This document shows, piece after piece, positions 27,251 through 40,087 of a stretch of DNA of 64,000 nt (within the stretch, counting starts at the first letter, position 1; every line of letters starts with the position of its first letter). Source of the DNA: Octopus vulgaris. Taxonomy: Eukaryota. The stretch covers positions 26,846,001-26,910,000 of the forward strand of contig OX597831.1 in assembly GCA_951406725.2 (NCBI GenBank), given 5' to 3'. The translations under genes and the position numbers were made by a program. The notes under the pieces were generated by a model. That model did no database searches and was not told the origin of the DNA. It saw only the letters and a list, made by a program, of their open reading frames with translations.

Positions 27251-28065
27251 TAGAGATAAGTGTTTCCGGCTGAATGAAAGAACAATGGCAACAGTGAGAT
27301 GAAGGACAAAGTAACATTTAATAAGGAGGATATTGAAATGTAGAGGTTGCTTCCGTTAGATGGTTGGTACTGTCATATTTATATTATAAGATATGTTTAA
27401 TAAAAAAATAATAATAAAAGAGGTATGAAATGCATGGAAAAATTTGAACACTTCTCTTGTCTGACAAATTCTGTAAGTATGTATGGTGTGTGTGTGTGTG
27501 GGGGGGAGATGTGTTTATGTGTGCGTGTGATCCCAAGTCATTCTTTTAATTTCATATTAGGTTCTTTATTTACCAAGCGTTTATATTCTGAAGCATGTGT
27601 ATATTGAGCTGTAATAGCAGGTTATTAGTATCACTATGTCTAAGCGAAATCCTAATATATATATATATATATATATGGGGCTGGCCGGATCGGAACGATC
27701 TCAAGATTAATCAGCCGAAATTGCGAGGATGATCCGGTTCTTGACTGAAGATTAAAGGCTTCGAATGTCCCGTCCGTGTTTTTTGTATCGTCTTCTAAAT
27801 GTTTTGCGTTCTTGTCCCAGTTTTTTTTTTTTTACATATATATATATATATAATAAATCTCTGAGCGAGGTATAAACAGTAACTGCTCTTTAATATAAGC
27901 GGGATCAGCCATCTGAATGTGGCAAGGGACAGGGCGGGGTGGTGGGGGTGTTACTGATGCATTTAGCCCCAGGCGACTATTGACGTCACCAGAAGAGCCG
28001 ACACCATCACGGTGTCCTTGCTGGCCTGCAAAGGGAGATCAGCCTCCCCGAAGATACGGATGCTA

Positions 28066-28108
28066 CACACGGACCGGTTTCGAGGTAATCGCCTCTCGTC
28101 AGCGCATG
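28066..28108 (-). ncRNA. Minimal type I hammerhead ribozyme
   Basis: CAUGCG-CUGACGA-GAGG cgauua CCUC-GAAA-CCGGUC/CGUGUG, with a complete conserved core. Confidence 0.85.
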
Positions 28109-28456
28109 GCAAGCACCGTTCTTCGTTGAGGGACTTCCTGTACAGGCCAGGTATATATAGATTTTCACAGTAACCACAGGCACTGGCGTAGAAAATCTGT
28201 TCGAAAACAATAATAAATCTCTGAGCGAGGTATAAACAGTAACTGCTCTTTAATATAAGCGGGATCAGCCATCTGAATGTGGCTAGGGACAGGGCGGGGT
28301 GGTGGGGGTGTTACTGATGCATTTAGCCCCAGGCGACTATTGACGTCACCAGAAGAGCCGACACCATCACAGTGTCCTTGCTGGCCTGTGGTTACTGTGA
28401 AAATCTATATATATCTGGCCTGTACAGGAAGTCCCTCAACGAAGAACGGTGCTTGC

Positions 28457-28499
28457 CATGCGCTGACGAGAGGCGATTACCTCGAAACCGGTCCGTGTG
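28457..28499 (+). ncRNA. Minimal type I hammerhead ribozyme; predicted cleavage after C28493 (GUC)
   Basis: Same motif as 28066-28108. Stem I extends through cgaagaacggugcu / agcauccguaucuucg. Confidence 0.85.
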
Positions 28500-28930
28500 T
28501 AGCATCCGTATCTTCGGGGAGGCTGATCTCCCTTTGCAGGCCAGCAAGGACACCGTGATGGTGTCGGCTCTTCTGGTGACGTCAATAGTCACCTGGGGCT
28601 AAATGCATCAGTAACACCCCCACCACCCCGCCCTGTCCCTAGCCACATTCAGATGGCTGATCCCGCTTATATTATATATATATATATATATATGCGAGCA
28701 AAACGCCCCTCGTCCAATGGACGGTGCTGAGTTGTCGAACATTTAAACCAAATTTTCTCAAAACAACTTGTCCGACCGTCCCATAGGCCTCCCCATTGAG
28801 AAACACTGATTAAACCTCCTTAACGAGGCCTTCAGTTTTTGAAACACTCCTTCAAGCCTCCAGCCTCGCGTAAACCTTGGAGTCGCAGCTGTAAAGTATC
28901 CAGTGAATCAGCTCCACATCACTATATAGT

Positions 28931-29237
28931 GGAGGCACATGGCCTAGTGGTTAGAGCAGCGAACTCGCGGGCGAGGGATCGAATCTCAGACCAGGTGATG
29001 TGTGTGTTTATGAGCGAAACACTTCAGTTCCACGCGGCTCCGCCAGAAGGTAATGGCGAACTTCTGTTGACTCTTTCGCCACAACTTTCTCTTACTCTTT
29101 CCTCCTGCATCTAGCAGCTCACCTGCGACAGACCGGTGTCCCGTCCAGGTGGGAAACCTATACGCCAATGAAACCGGGAAACCGGCCCTTATGAGCCAGG
29201 CATGGCTTGAGAAGGAACAAACAACAACAACAACAAC
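28931..29237 (+). mobile_element. Type C-head SINE with alternative tail ending (AAC)n
   Basis: Head ggaggcacatggcctagtggttagagcagcgaactcgcg; tail gacagaccggtgtcccgtccaggtggg..gaaaccggcccttatgag. Confidence 0.8.
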
Positions 29238-29617
29238 ATCACTCTATATACTACATATCTATCATAGAGCCAATGTTGGTGGAGTTGGTTTGACGAGAGA
29301 TTTCTGCGAGAATATTCTCATCTCACGTGGAGAAGATCTACTGGATATACAGGGAGTCAAAGAACAACCATGGTCTTAATGTGTCGGCTTACATGAGGCT
29401 CACGTCTTGCATCCATTCACAAAAAAAGCACGGACTATCCGGTTAATGGAGAGGACAGAAGTACTGAAGCTGAGGCAGCTGTTTAGGAAGACTGTCTTTC
29501 AAACATAATGTCACGATAGAAAGGAATGTGTGAAGTGGTTTATGATCTCCCACCAGACTCACAGCCGCCTTTCCTAATTATACTACGTAGCCATCTAAAG
29601 TGGACGCGTGCGGGTAT

Positions 29618-29651
<34 letters not shown>

Positions 29652-29709
29652 GTAGACTCATGCGTCCACCTTAGTATGATTATAGTATATACATATATAT
29701 ATATGTATG

Positions 29710-29793
<84 letters not shown>

Positions 29794-30105
29794 AATAATG
29801 TGTGCGTGTGAGTGCGCGCGTTGGTGTTATTTACAAACACACACACACACACACATTAACAATTTCCCACCATACCAGTATCGCTGTGAAAGCGAACCCT
29901 TGTCAAAGAGCGGCAGTACAGGAGAATCGAACCTAGAACCGCCACGCAGCCGTGATTGCTTCTCTATACAAATCTACATACATTCACACACATATACTTT
30001 CATTCAGACGTGCAGACATATACACACACATGTATGTATGTATGTATGTATGTATGTATGTATGTATGTATGTATGTGCATATATATATGTATATATATA
30101 TATGA

Positions 30106-30157
<52 letters not shown>

Positions 30158-30177
30158 AAATATATATATATATATAT

Positions 30178-30534
30178 GGAAGCACTCCGTCGGTTACGAC
30201 GACGAAGGTTCCAGTTGATCCGATCAACGGAACAGCCTGCTCATGAAATTAACGTGCAAGTGGCTGAGCGCTCTACAGACACGTGTACACTTAACGCAGT
30301 TCTCGGGGAGATTCAGCGTGACACAGAGTGTGGTATGGTTGGCCTTTGAAATACAGGTACAACAGAAACAGAAAGAAAGAGTAAGAGAAAGTTGTGGTGA
30401 AAGAATACAGCAGGGTTCACCACCACCCCTGCCGGAGATCCGTGGATCTTTAGGTGTTTTCGCTCATTAAACACTCCCGGTCTTGGAGTCGAAACCGCGA
30501 GTCCGCTGCCCTAACCACTGGGCCATTGCGCTTC
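30178..30534 (-). mobile_element. Type C-head SINE with type D tail
   Basis: Head matches 42581. Tail gtcacgctgaatctccccgagaact..cgtaaccgacggagtgcttcc matches 38252-38430. Confidence 0.8.
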
Positions 30535-30576
30535 CACATACACACATATACACATATATATATGTGTGTGTGCGTG

Positions 30577-30624
<48 letters not shown>

Positions 30625-31113
30625 TATTATATACATACATACATACATACATACATCATATATATATATATATTGTGTGTGTGTGTATGTACACACACAT
30701 ACATTCACATGAATACACACAGACATGGATATCCTGTACAATACGAATTCAGTTAATTGATTGCACGCGCGTTCGTACACACAGGCACTGCACCTCCATA
30801 AATATACACACACCTGTTTATATATATATTCACACACATAACTCACCCCCAACAAAAACACGCAGACACACAACACAGTCGTATACAAACACTACACATA
30901 TATTCACACAAATGAACACAGAGGGCGAGGCACACGCGTGCGCGCACACACGCACACACACACACGCGCGCACACACACATACACATACACACACACACA
31001 CCTAATCATACACAGAGTGAGGGAGAGACGGAGAAGTTGTCCAGTATTTGATATTTAAGACTCCAAACAATGTACTTCCGTTCAAAATTCTCGCCTGGAA
31101 TTTCAGGACAGTC

Positions 31114-31140
31114 AACAGCAGCAGCAGCAACAGCCGTAGC

Positions 31141-31201
<61 letters not shown>

Positions 31202-31268
31202 ATAGTAGTGGTGGTGGTGGTGGTGGTGGTGGTGGTGGTGGTGGTGGTGGTAGTAGTAGTAGGCGGCG

Positions 31269-31360
<92 letters not shown>

Positions 31361-31406
31361 GGTGGTGGTGGTGGTGGTGGTGGTGGTGGTAGTAGTGGTG
31401 GTGGTG

Positions 31407-31461
<55 letters not shown>

Positions 31462-31470
31462 AAACAACAA
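31114..31470. repeat. (AGT)n/(GGT)n compound trinucleotide array
   Basis: Direct reading. Confidence 0.95.
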
Positions 31471-31916
31471 CAATAAAGCACGCGCACACGGGCGGCAAAG
31501 TTAAGTATCGTCTTTGACATTCTAAAAATGCTAAACTTCCTTCCAAGTCAAAAAAAAAAAAACTACAACAACAGCAACAACCACAACCACACAACAATAA
31601 CGTAAAAGGAAAAACAATTGCGAAAAGTAACAACAATAGCAATCACAATAACAATAGCAACAACAACAGCAATGAGAGAAAAAATAAAACAATGAGGAAA
31701 ACGTAAAACCAACCTCGTCTGAAACACACAGACATTGATTATCTGCAAATAAGGCATCAAAACACCCACTCGCACGCGCACACACACACATATATACATA
31801 TATACATACACACAAACACACATATATACACATATATATATATATGCATACATATATACATACATATATACATATATACATACACACAAACACACATATA
31901 TACACATATATATATA

Positions 31917-32308
31917 GAGTGGCTATGTGGTAAGTTGCTTGTTTACCAACCACATGGTTCCGGGTTCAGTCCCACTGTGTCGCACCTTCGGCAAGTGTCT
32001 TCTGCTATAGCCTCGTGCCTACCAAAGCCTTGCGAGTGGAATTGGTAGACGGAAACTGAAAAGAAGCCCGTCGTATATCTGTACATGTATGTGTGTGTTT
32101 GTGTGTCTGTGTTTGTCCCACCCCAACATCGCTTGACAACCGATGCTGGTGTGTTTACGTCCCTGTAACTTAGCGGTTTGGCAAAAGAGACCAATAGAAT
32201 AAATATTAGGCTTACAAAGAATAAGTCCTGGGGTCAATTTGCTCGACTAAATGTGGTGCTTCAGCATGGCCGCAGTCAAATGACTGAAACAAGTAAAAGA
32301 GTTAAAGA
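31917..32308 (+). mobile_element. Type A SINE
   Basis: Homology to the other type A copies. Confidence 0.9.
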
Positions 32309-32371
<63 letters not shown>

Positions 32372-32475
32372 CGTATGTACTCACATTACCAATTCGCTAA
32401 ATCATCCATAGATTTTTATGATGAAAATGTATATACTGATTGAAAATTCAGTCTGAAATCTGTCGAAGTAGAGCC

Positions 32476-32532
32476 ATTCCTTACTGATGAGGCAACGGAA
32501 ATTGCTGAAACTGACGGATCACTATAACGAAT
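32476..32532 (+). ncRNA. Degenerate type I hammerhead motif
   Basis: AUUCCUUA-CUGAUGA-GGCAA cggaaa UUGCU-GAAA-CUGA cgga UCACUA-UAACGAAU. The core is intact, with one mismatch each in stems I and III. Confidence 0.6.
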
Positions 32533-32731
32533 TCTCGATCGTTTTTTTTACGGGCAATTATAGTCTCTGTCAGTATATATGTACACCATTATTGCTTTAA
32601 CTACAGCACCAGAGCATTTTAGCTCTCATTTCTAGCAATGTGGGTGTTTCTAACATCCTAGTAATATTTAGTAACAATTACAGTTTTCTATTTTGGTAAA
32701 ATATTGCATACTGCTGTCTATATTAATTTTA

Positions 32732-33032
32732 TGGCTGTGTGGTAAGAAGCTTGCTTCCCAACCACATGGTTCTGGGTTCATTCCCACTGCATGGCAGCTT
32801 GGGCAAGTGTCTTCTGCCATAGCTTCGGACCAGCCGAAGCCTTGTAAGTGGATTTGGTAGACAGAAACTGAAAGAATCCCGTCGTATATATATATATATA
32901 TATATATACTCACACACACACATATATATACATACATACATAAATAATACACACACACATTATATATATATATATATTGTATCGTCTTCTAAGAGTTATA
33001 CGTTCTTGTCCATGTTGTATTTTTCACATACC

Positions 33033-33094
<62 letters not shown>

Positions 33095-33238
33095 CATGTA
33101 TATATCTATGTGGTTCGGCGAAAAGAGACCTATACAATGAGTACTAGGCTTTAAAAAAATAAGTCCAAGGGTCGATTCGTTTGCCTAAAAGGCGGTGCTT
33201 TAGCATGGCCGCAGTCAAATGACTGAAACAAGTAAAAG
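32732..33238 (+). mobile_element. Type A SINE split by microsatellite and a foreign insertion
   Basis: 5' part at 32732-32885; 3' part at about 33110-33238. Confidence 0.75.
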
Positions 33239-33355
33239 GTAATATATATATATATAAAATTAAGAGGTATGTAACTCAATTTTTAATCTTCGGATTTTTT
33301 AAATATGCTAAGCCACTGATTTTAATTGATTAATATCAATTTCTACCCTTATTAT

Positions 33356-33395
<40 letters not shown>

Positions 33396-33397
<2 letters not shown>

Positions 33398-33830
33398 ATA
33401 GAAATATTAAAATTACTAAGTCTCTCTTAGTGAGATCCCGGCAGCGTTCCTGGAAAATAATAGTTATCGCCATACTAATATGGCATTCTTATAAAAATAA
33501 GAATAAAGCTGTCCGCTTATTAGCTCCATGAGGCCATCGCCTTAAGTTAGCTATTTGATACACAAACTGTATCCATATAACCTTCGAACAAGGGAGGTCA
33601 GTCGCTCCACACTACTTGATCGACAGCTACAGACGCGTTTCGGGGTATTGCCCCTTTTCAATGTAGCGTAGTCAGACCAGTAGGTGTCGCTTCCGACAAT
33701 CTCTGTTCGAAGGTTTTATTTACCTAGTTTCAGTGGAATACATCCACTTGTTTTCAATAATAGAAATATTAAAATTACTAAGTCTCTCTAAAAGAGATCC
33801 CGGCAGCGTTCCTGGAAAATATTAGTTATC

Positions 33831-33834
<4 letters not shown>
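33396..33834 (-). mobile_element. Second Penelope-pLTR/retrozyme-like insertion: 362-bp unit plus about 77-bp tandem partial copy, within (TA)n
   Basis: taatagaaatattaaaattactaagtctctct..gagatcccggcagcgttcctggaaaat..agttatcgccata occurs at about 33396 and 33758. The unit contains an HHR. Confidence 0.8.
33626..33667 (-). ncRNA. Minimal hammerhead with U3-A8 core variant
   Basis: GCUACA-UUGAAAA-GGGG caaua CCCC-GAAA-CGCGUC/UGUAGC. Stems I and II are perfect. Confidence 0.7.
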
Positions 33835-33873
<39 letters not shown>

Positions 33874-34420
33874 ATGTATATATATATATATATATAAGCA
33901 TCCATCATCTATTTGAAGCCTAGGGACAATATGCCAATCCCGCACCGATTACATAGATAGAATCTTTGCCAGTATTCTCCAATGAGAATATGACAGACTT
34001 ATCTTTTTCCAACAGCAAAAAAAAAAACTCAGAAAATACTTCAATACTTATCATGGAAACTTTGCGCTCCACAATCAGAGGGCAGTAAGCAACTACAACC
34101 TTCAAAATCATAGAGCAGATTATACCTACAGCCTTCTCAATTAGAGAGCTGGGGGAATGTGAATCAATAGCCCTCAAAATCACAGAACGAGTGGCATCCA
34201 CAGACCTCACAATCAGAAAGCCGAGGGCATCTCATAGTCGCTCCATATTTTGGGCCTTACTATCAAGATCATGACGGAAACATATCCAGAACATAGCAAG
34301 GACTGTATTTTAACGGCTGTTTCTTTCTCTTCAATGCGAGATACTTCGTACCCACCACTCAATTATAGACAAAAATTATAGAGTACGGAGGAGGGGCTCA
34401 ACGGTATACTGCGGTCATAT

Positions 34421-34656
34421 GGAAAAGGCGGCGAGCTGGCAGAAACGTTAGCACGCCGGGCGAAATACTTAGCGGTATTTCGTCTGCGTTACGTTGTGAG
34501 TTCAAATTCCGCCGAGGTCGACTTTGCCTTTCATCCTTTCGGGGTCGATAAATTAAGTACCAGTTACGCACTGGGGTCGATGTAATCGACTTAATACCTA
34601 TGTCTGTCCTTGTTTGTCCGCTCTGTGTTTAGCCCCTTGTGGGTAATAAAGAAATA
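34421..34656 (+). mobile_element. Young type B SINE with 18-bp TSD (1 mismatch)
   Basis: ggtatactgcggtcatat at 34403-34420 and ggtatactgcgctcatat at 34657-34674. Confidence 0.9.
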
Positions 34657-35189
34657 GGTATACTGCGCTCATATCTGTGAAGAGTTGTCGCTATATGTTA
34701 GGACATCCCAGACCAAATTTAGAAAAGAGCCAACCGAATGATCGGCAGAAAGTCACTCACAAAAACTTACCAGTCTCTGGGCCATAGGCGCATTGCGTCA
34801 GATTTTTACCCATTCTATAATGAACCTTGGTTTACAAAGACATAAGGGCTCGCTATAACCAGTCCTTTCGTTCTTCTGGAACCCCCTCGAACCTAATACT
34901 TTTCTCGTAGGTGTTGGCATATAAACGGTTCAAGAAGAACATTAGCAATACTGTTGTTCCCTTAGGGGTGGACGACAAAGCGTGAAGCAAATTTGTCAGA
35001 ACAAGCAACCATTATTTTGTATATAGATAATGAGAATAAATAGTTGTAGAGATAGACAAACTTAAAAACGGGTGTTTAAATATAAATTTATCTTAGGTTT
35101 TCCCACACAGATAGTGTTGTACAGAAATAGTTGTTAATGTATGCATGTAAGTATGTATATATGTATGTATGCATGCATGTATATATATA

Positions 35190-35246
<57 letters not shown>

Positions 35247-35365
35247 TGGCCTGCTCGCTTAGCCAGTGGGGTGGCGTCATTCGAAGGCTAAAACAATGCG
35301 AACGCATTGTGACCAGTGGTGTGTAACAACATCTGATGGTCTGGTCTGTCACGTGATCACGTGAT
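35247..35365 (+). mobile_element. Type C SINE 3' tail fragment
   Basis: Same sequence as 3206-3325. Confidence 0.8.
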
Positions 35366-35554
35366 ATATATGTACAAACACACACATATATATACAACTA
35401 TACTCACACAAACATAAGTATAAGTACACATACATATCTACAGATATACATATACATAGATAGCCAGATATACACACATTTAAATGCATATATATACATA
35501 TATATATATGTGTGTGTATGTATATATATATATGTGTGTATGCGTGTAAATATA

Positions 35555-35593
<39 letters not shown>

Positions 35594-35996
35594 TTGTATA
35601 TGTGTATGTATGTATGCATGTATGCATGTGTGTATGTATGCATGTATGCATGTATATGTGCATGCTCTGTGGATATATGCATATATGCGTGTATGTATAG
35701 TTAGGGAGGGGTTTTTGACGGGAAACCTATTTCCGCCCACAGCAGACAATAGCATTCTGACATGTATGACGGAGGAATGTTGGCATCGGGGTTCGAATTT
35801 CAGGAATTTATGTGTACTTTAAAAATGTACTTTAAAATGCGTATCCGTGGAAAGGTGCATATGCATGTTTGCACATATGTATGCATCTCTCTATATATAT
35901 ATGTATGCTTGTATGTATGTTGTTATGTTTGTATGTACGTATGCATGTATGTACGTTTGTATGTATGCATGTACCCATGCATACATGTATCATTAT

Positions 35997-36462
35997 ACAA
36001 GCACAGATACATGCATGTTTATACATATATACACAAGCACAAATACATGCACGTCTATACATATATATACAAGCACAGATACATGCATGTCTATACATAT
36101 ATATACAAGCACAAATACATGCAGGTCTATACATATATATACAAGCACAAATACATGCATGTCTATACATATATATACAAGCACAAACACATGCATGTCT
36201 ATACATATATATACAAGCACAAATACATGCATGTCTATACATATATATACAAGCACAAATACATGCATGTCTATACATATATATACAAGCACAAATACAT
36301 GCATGTCTATACATATATATACAAGCACAAATACATGCATGTCTATACATATATACACAAGCACAAATACATGCATGTCTATACATATATATACAAGCAC
36401 AAATACATGCATGTCTATACATATATACACAAGCACAAATACATGCAGGTCTATACATATAT
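35997..36462. repeat. 36-bp minisatellite, about 13 copies (aagcacaaatacatgcatgtctatacatatatatac)
   Basis: Direct reading; explains the 12-aa periodic ORFs. Confidence 0.95.
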
Positions 36463-36893
36463 GCATATTATTAAAGTAATGAAAAAACGTGGGTTAGTGG
36501 TTAGCGTACTCAACTTACGAAATATGAGGTCGTGGGTTCGAGACTAGCCCAGACAGCTCATCCTATTTTTCAGCAAAATACATGATTTCTCATTACTCCG
36601 TATTACTCAACGGAAAGCTCTCCAGATATCACATCCTCAATGATCCGCACGGCCAAAGGCACGATGTGCCGCGGTGGGTGTCTATGTATGCGCGTGACTA
36701 CACGAGCCCTTATAGTAATTAGAAACTGTGGCACAATCAGCTGGCCATTGTCCCTTTGCTAGCGACGGCCCAGCTGCAGCAGTACATGATATATATAAAT
36801 GTACGAATGTATATACCCGTGTATGTAGAGCTCGAGCTCAATACACAAAGGAATTCATGGGCCGTGAATTTAGTGCATTACTCATATATAAAC

Positions 36894-37057
36894 AGGCGCA
36901 GGCTTGGCTGTGTGGTAAAAAGGTTGCTTCACAATCACATGGTTCTGGGTTCAGTACCACTGCGAGGCATCTTGGGCAAGTGTCTTCTACTATAGTCACG
37001 GGTCGACCAAAGCATTGTGAGTGGATTTGGTAGACGGAAACTGAAAGATGCGTGTCG

Positions 37058-37122
<65 letters not shown>

Positions 37123-37390
37123 ATGTATGTATGTATGTATGTATGTATATATTTATGTTTGTGTCTTTGTGTCAGTGTTTGTCCACTACCACCACCACTA
37201 CTACTATCGCTTGACAACCGATGTTGGTTTGTTTACATCCCCGTAACACTAGGTATTCGGCAAAAGAGAACGACAGAATAATTACTAGGCTTATAAAGAA
37301 TTATAAAGTTCTGGAGTCGATTTCTTCTATTAAAACCCTTTAAGGTGATGCTCCAGCATGGCCGCAGTTAAATTACTGAAACATGTAAAG

Positions 37391-37392
<2 letters not shown>
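36894..37392 (+). mobile_element. Type A SINE, diverged
   Basis: Homology to the other type A copies. Confidence 0.85.
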
Positions 37393-37439
<47 letters not shown>

Positions 37440-37602
37440 CAACTTTTTAGTACTATTCCTTATAATATCTAAACGTCTGAGAGCCACTGAATTACAGTAT
37501 TATCGTGTTTTCCCAATAACACGTACGAACATATATCTGTATATATGGGCATATTTCTGTGTCTAAGTTAGTGCGTGGGTAGCGCTCGCGTGTATATATA
37601 TA

Positions 37603-37714
37603 TCACCGTGACCGACCAGACTAACAGATGTTGCTACACATCGCTGGTCACAATGCGCTTCGCATTGTTTTATCCTTCAAATGACGCCACCCCGCTGGCT
37701 AAGCGAGCAGGCCA

Positions 37715-37777
<63 letters not shown>

Positions 37778-37890
37778 CATATATAATATATATCGACCAG
37801 ACTATCAGATATTGTTATACGCTGTTGGTCACAATGCATTTTTCACGCATTGTTATAGCATTCAAGTAATGCCACCCCGCTGGCTCTGTG
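37603..37890 (-). mobile_element. Two type C tail fragments separated by (TA)n
   Basis: Reverse complements of the type C tail at 37603-37713 and 37793-37890. Confidence 0.7.
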
Positions 37891-38251
37891 GGCTGGTCTA
37901 TGGCGTTTAAACGACCGAGATCACGACATTCTCCCTAAACGAGGCGCCGCTTTGTCGAACGTTTATTCAATTACAGCTGAATGGAGAGGCGCAACGTGAA
38001 ATGAAGTGTTTTGCTTAAGAATATAGCGCACCGCATGTTCTCGGGATCGAAAGCACGATGTTGCGATCGAGAGCGCAACACCCTAACCACCATGCCACGC
38101 ATCCTCACATACATACATAGATAAATACATACATACATACATACATACATACATACATACATACATACATACATACATACATACATACATACATACATAC
38201 ATACATACATACATACATACATACATACATGCATGCATACATACGTACATA

Positions 38252-38574
38252 GGAGCACTCCGTCGGTTACGACGTCGAGGGTCCCACCTGATACGATCAA
38301 CGGAACAGCTTGCTCGTGAGATTAACGTGCAAGTGACTGAGCAATCCATAGAGACGTGTACCCCTAACGTAATTTCCAGGGAGATTCAGCGTGACACAGA
38401 ATGTGACAAGGGTGGCTCTTTCAAATACAGGTACTACTTGTTTTTGCCAGCTGAGTGGACTGGAGCAACGTGAAATAAAGTGTCTTGCTCAAGGACACAA
38501 CGCGCCGCGGGGAATTCAACTCATGACCTTACGTTCGTGAGCCGAATGCCCTAAACACAAAGCCACGCGCCTTC
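38252..38574 (-). mobile_element. Type D tRNA-derived SINE (CORE/V-like tgtgtccttgagcaagacactt)
   Basis: Head gaaggcgcgtggct..ttagggcattcggctcacg..gagttgaattccc; homologous to 42945-43245. Confidence 0.8.
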
Positions 38575-38679
38575 ACACATACGTACGTACATACATACAT
38601 AAATACATACATACATACATACATACATACATACATACATACATACATACATACATACATACATACATACATTCATACA

Positions 38680-38713
<34 letters not shown>

Positions 38714-38730
38714 CATATATACATTCATAC

Positions 38731-38761
<31 letters not shown>

Positions 38762-38869
38762 CATTCATACATACATGCGAGCATACACGTATGCACACGC
38801 ACGTTCACGCACACACACATATATGTATGTATAAATTAGCTATACATTTATACGGGAAAGGTAAAAATG

Positions 38870-39002
38870 AAGCTACCTTCTCAAGTCATACCAACTCATA
38901 AGGGCCGGTTTTGCGGTTCCCATGGTGTCTAAAATTTCCACCTGGACGGGATGCTGGTCCGTCGCATTTTTCCCAGCTGAGTGAACTGGAGCAACGCGAA
39001 AT
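38870..39002 (-). mobile_element. Type D body joined to the tail seen in 28931-29237
   Basis: Minus strand reads cgcgttgctccagttcactcagctggg, then gcgacggaccagcatcccgtccaggtgg..aaaccggcccttatgag. Confidence 0.65.
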
Positions 39003-39060
39003 ACTATTTATATGTTGATGTATATACATATATAGTTAGTGAGACATAGCTTACCACACA

Positions 39061-39448
39061 GCAGGAGTGGCTGTGTGGTAAGTAGCTTGCTAACCAACAA
39101 CATGGTTCCGGGTTCAGTCCCACTGCGTGGCATCTTGGGCAAGTGTCTTCTGCTATAGCCCCGGGCCGACCAATGCCTTGTGAGTGGATTTGGTAGACGG
39201 AAACTGAAAGAAGCCTGTCGTATATATGTATATATATATGTGTGTGTGTCTGTGTTTGTCCCCCTAGCATTGCTTGACAGCCGATGCTGGTGTGTTTACG
39301 TCCCCGTCACTTAGCGGTTCGGCTAAAGAGACGACCGATAGAATAAGTACTGGGCTTACAAAGAATAAGTACCGGGGTCGAATTGCTCGACTAAAGGCGG
39401 TGCTCCAGCATGGCCGCAGTCAAATGACTGAAACAAGTAAAAAAAGAG
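39061..39448 (+). mobile_element. Type A SINE
   Basis: Homology to the other type A copies. Confidence 0.9.
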
Positions 39449-40043
39449 TATATGGATAGGGTAGCGTTAAATTTCTCCCTCTCTGTAAAATCTTAGTCGA
39501 GAAAATATGGGATCGATCAGTATGCTGGATTACTGCGTCGCAGAATTTTGGAATTTGCCCCAGTCTATCCGAAACGTGCATAAGCTGATTAAATAAAGCT
39601 TAATTCTTCATTCTTTTTGTATCTTCTCTATGCCCTGTGACCTTACATTAAATTTATCTGGCGTTTGAACTTTGAATTTACAAATGGGATAATCAGGGGA
39701 AAGTAATTTTATGGCCTAAGTATAGTGCAATGGTTTTTACTGGACAATTTAGTTAGCCAAGTATGATCCCTACAGAGTGCTTACAAAGTATTCGCCTGGA
39801 TTTTTAATTCCTTTTTTCCTTTTTAATATACATTTATATAAATATGCGTGCATATGTATGCTATGTATGTGTATATATATGTATGTATATATGCTTGTGC
39901 GTGTGTGTGTATGTGTACATATACACTCCCAAGTCGTCCCATCTGGTATAAATTATATTGGCGAATTAAGAAATAATTTGAACAAATTGGCGCTTGGGCT
40001 TGCCCCTTCGTGTATGGACGGCTTCTATGGAAACATCATTATC

Positions 40044-40087
<44 letters not shown>

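Larger units (their letters stand above)
27851..28674. mobile_element. Non-coding Penelope-pLTR/retrozyme-like insertion: 360-bp unit, partial tandem copy and inverted copy, within (TA)n
   Basis: 27851-28210 is repeated from 28211 to 28388. 28384-28674 is the reverse complement of 27891-28181, with 5-bp GCCTG overlap at the turn. Only about 4 substitutions separate the copies. Confidence 0.9.

Noticed and set aside
27677-27830. CTGAAGA..GAAT..GTC motif next to the main ribozyme locus
   Set aside because: It has no GAAA and no supporting stems; treated as an unclassified repeat fragment.
33900-35000. Complex non-repetitive sequence that might be an exon or LINE ORF1 relic (similar stretches at 43330-43920 and 48490-48900)
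   Set aside because: There is no sustained ORF, recognisable motif or convincing splice pair. It needs a translated database search.
35997-36462. Regularly spaced 36-bp repeats resembling a CRISPR array
   Set aside because: The units are contiguous with no unique spacers, there are no cas genes, and the context is eukaryotic.
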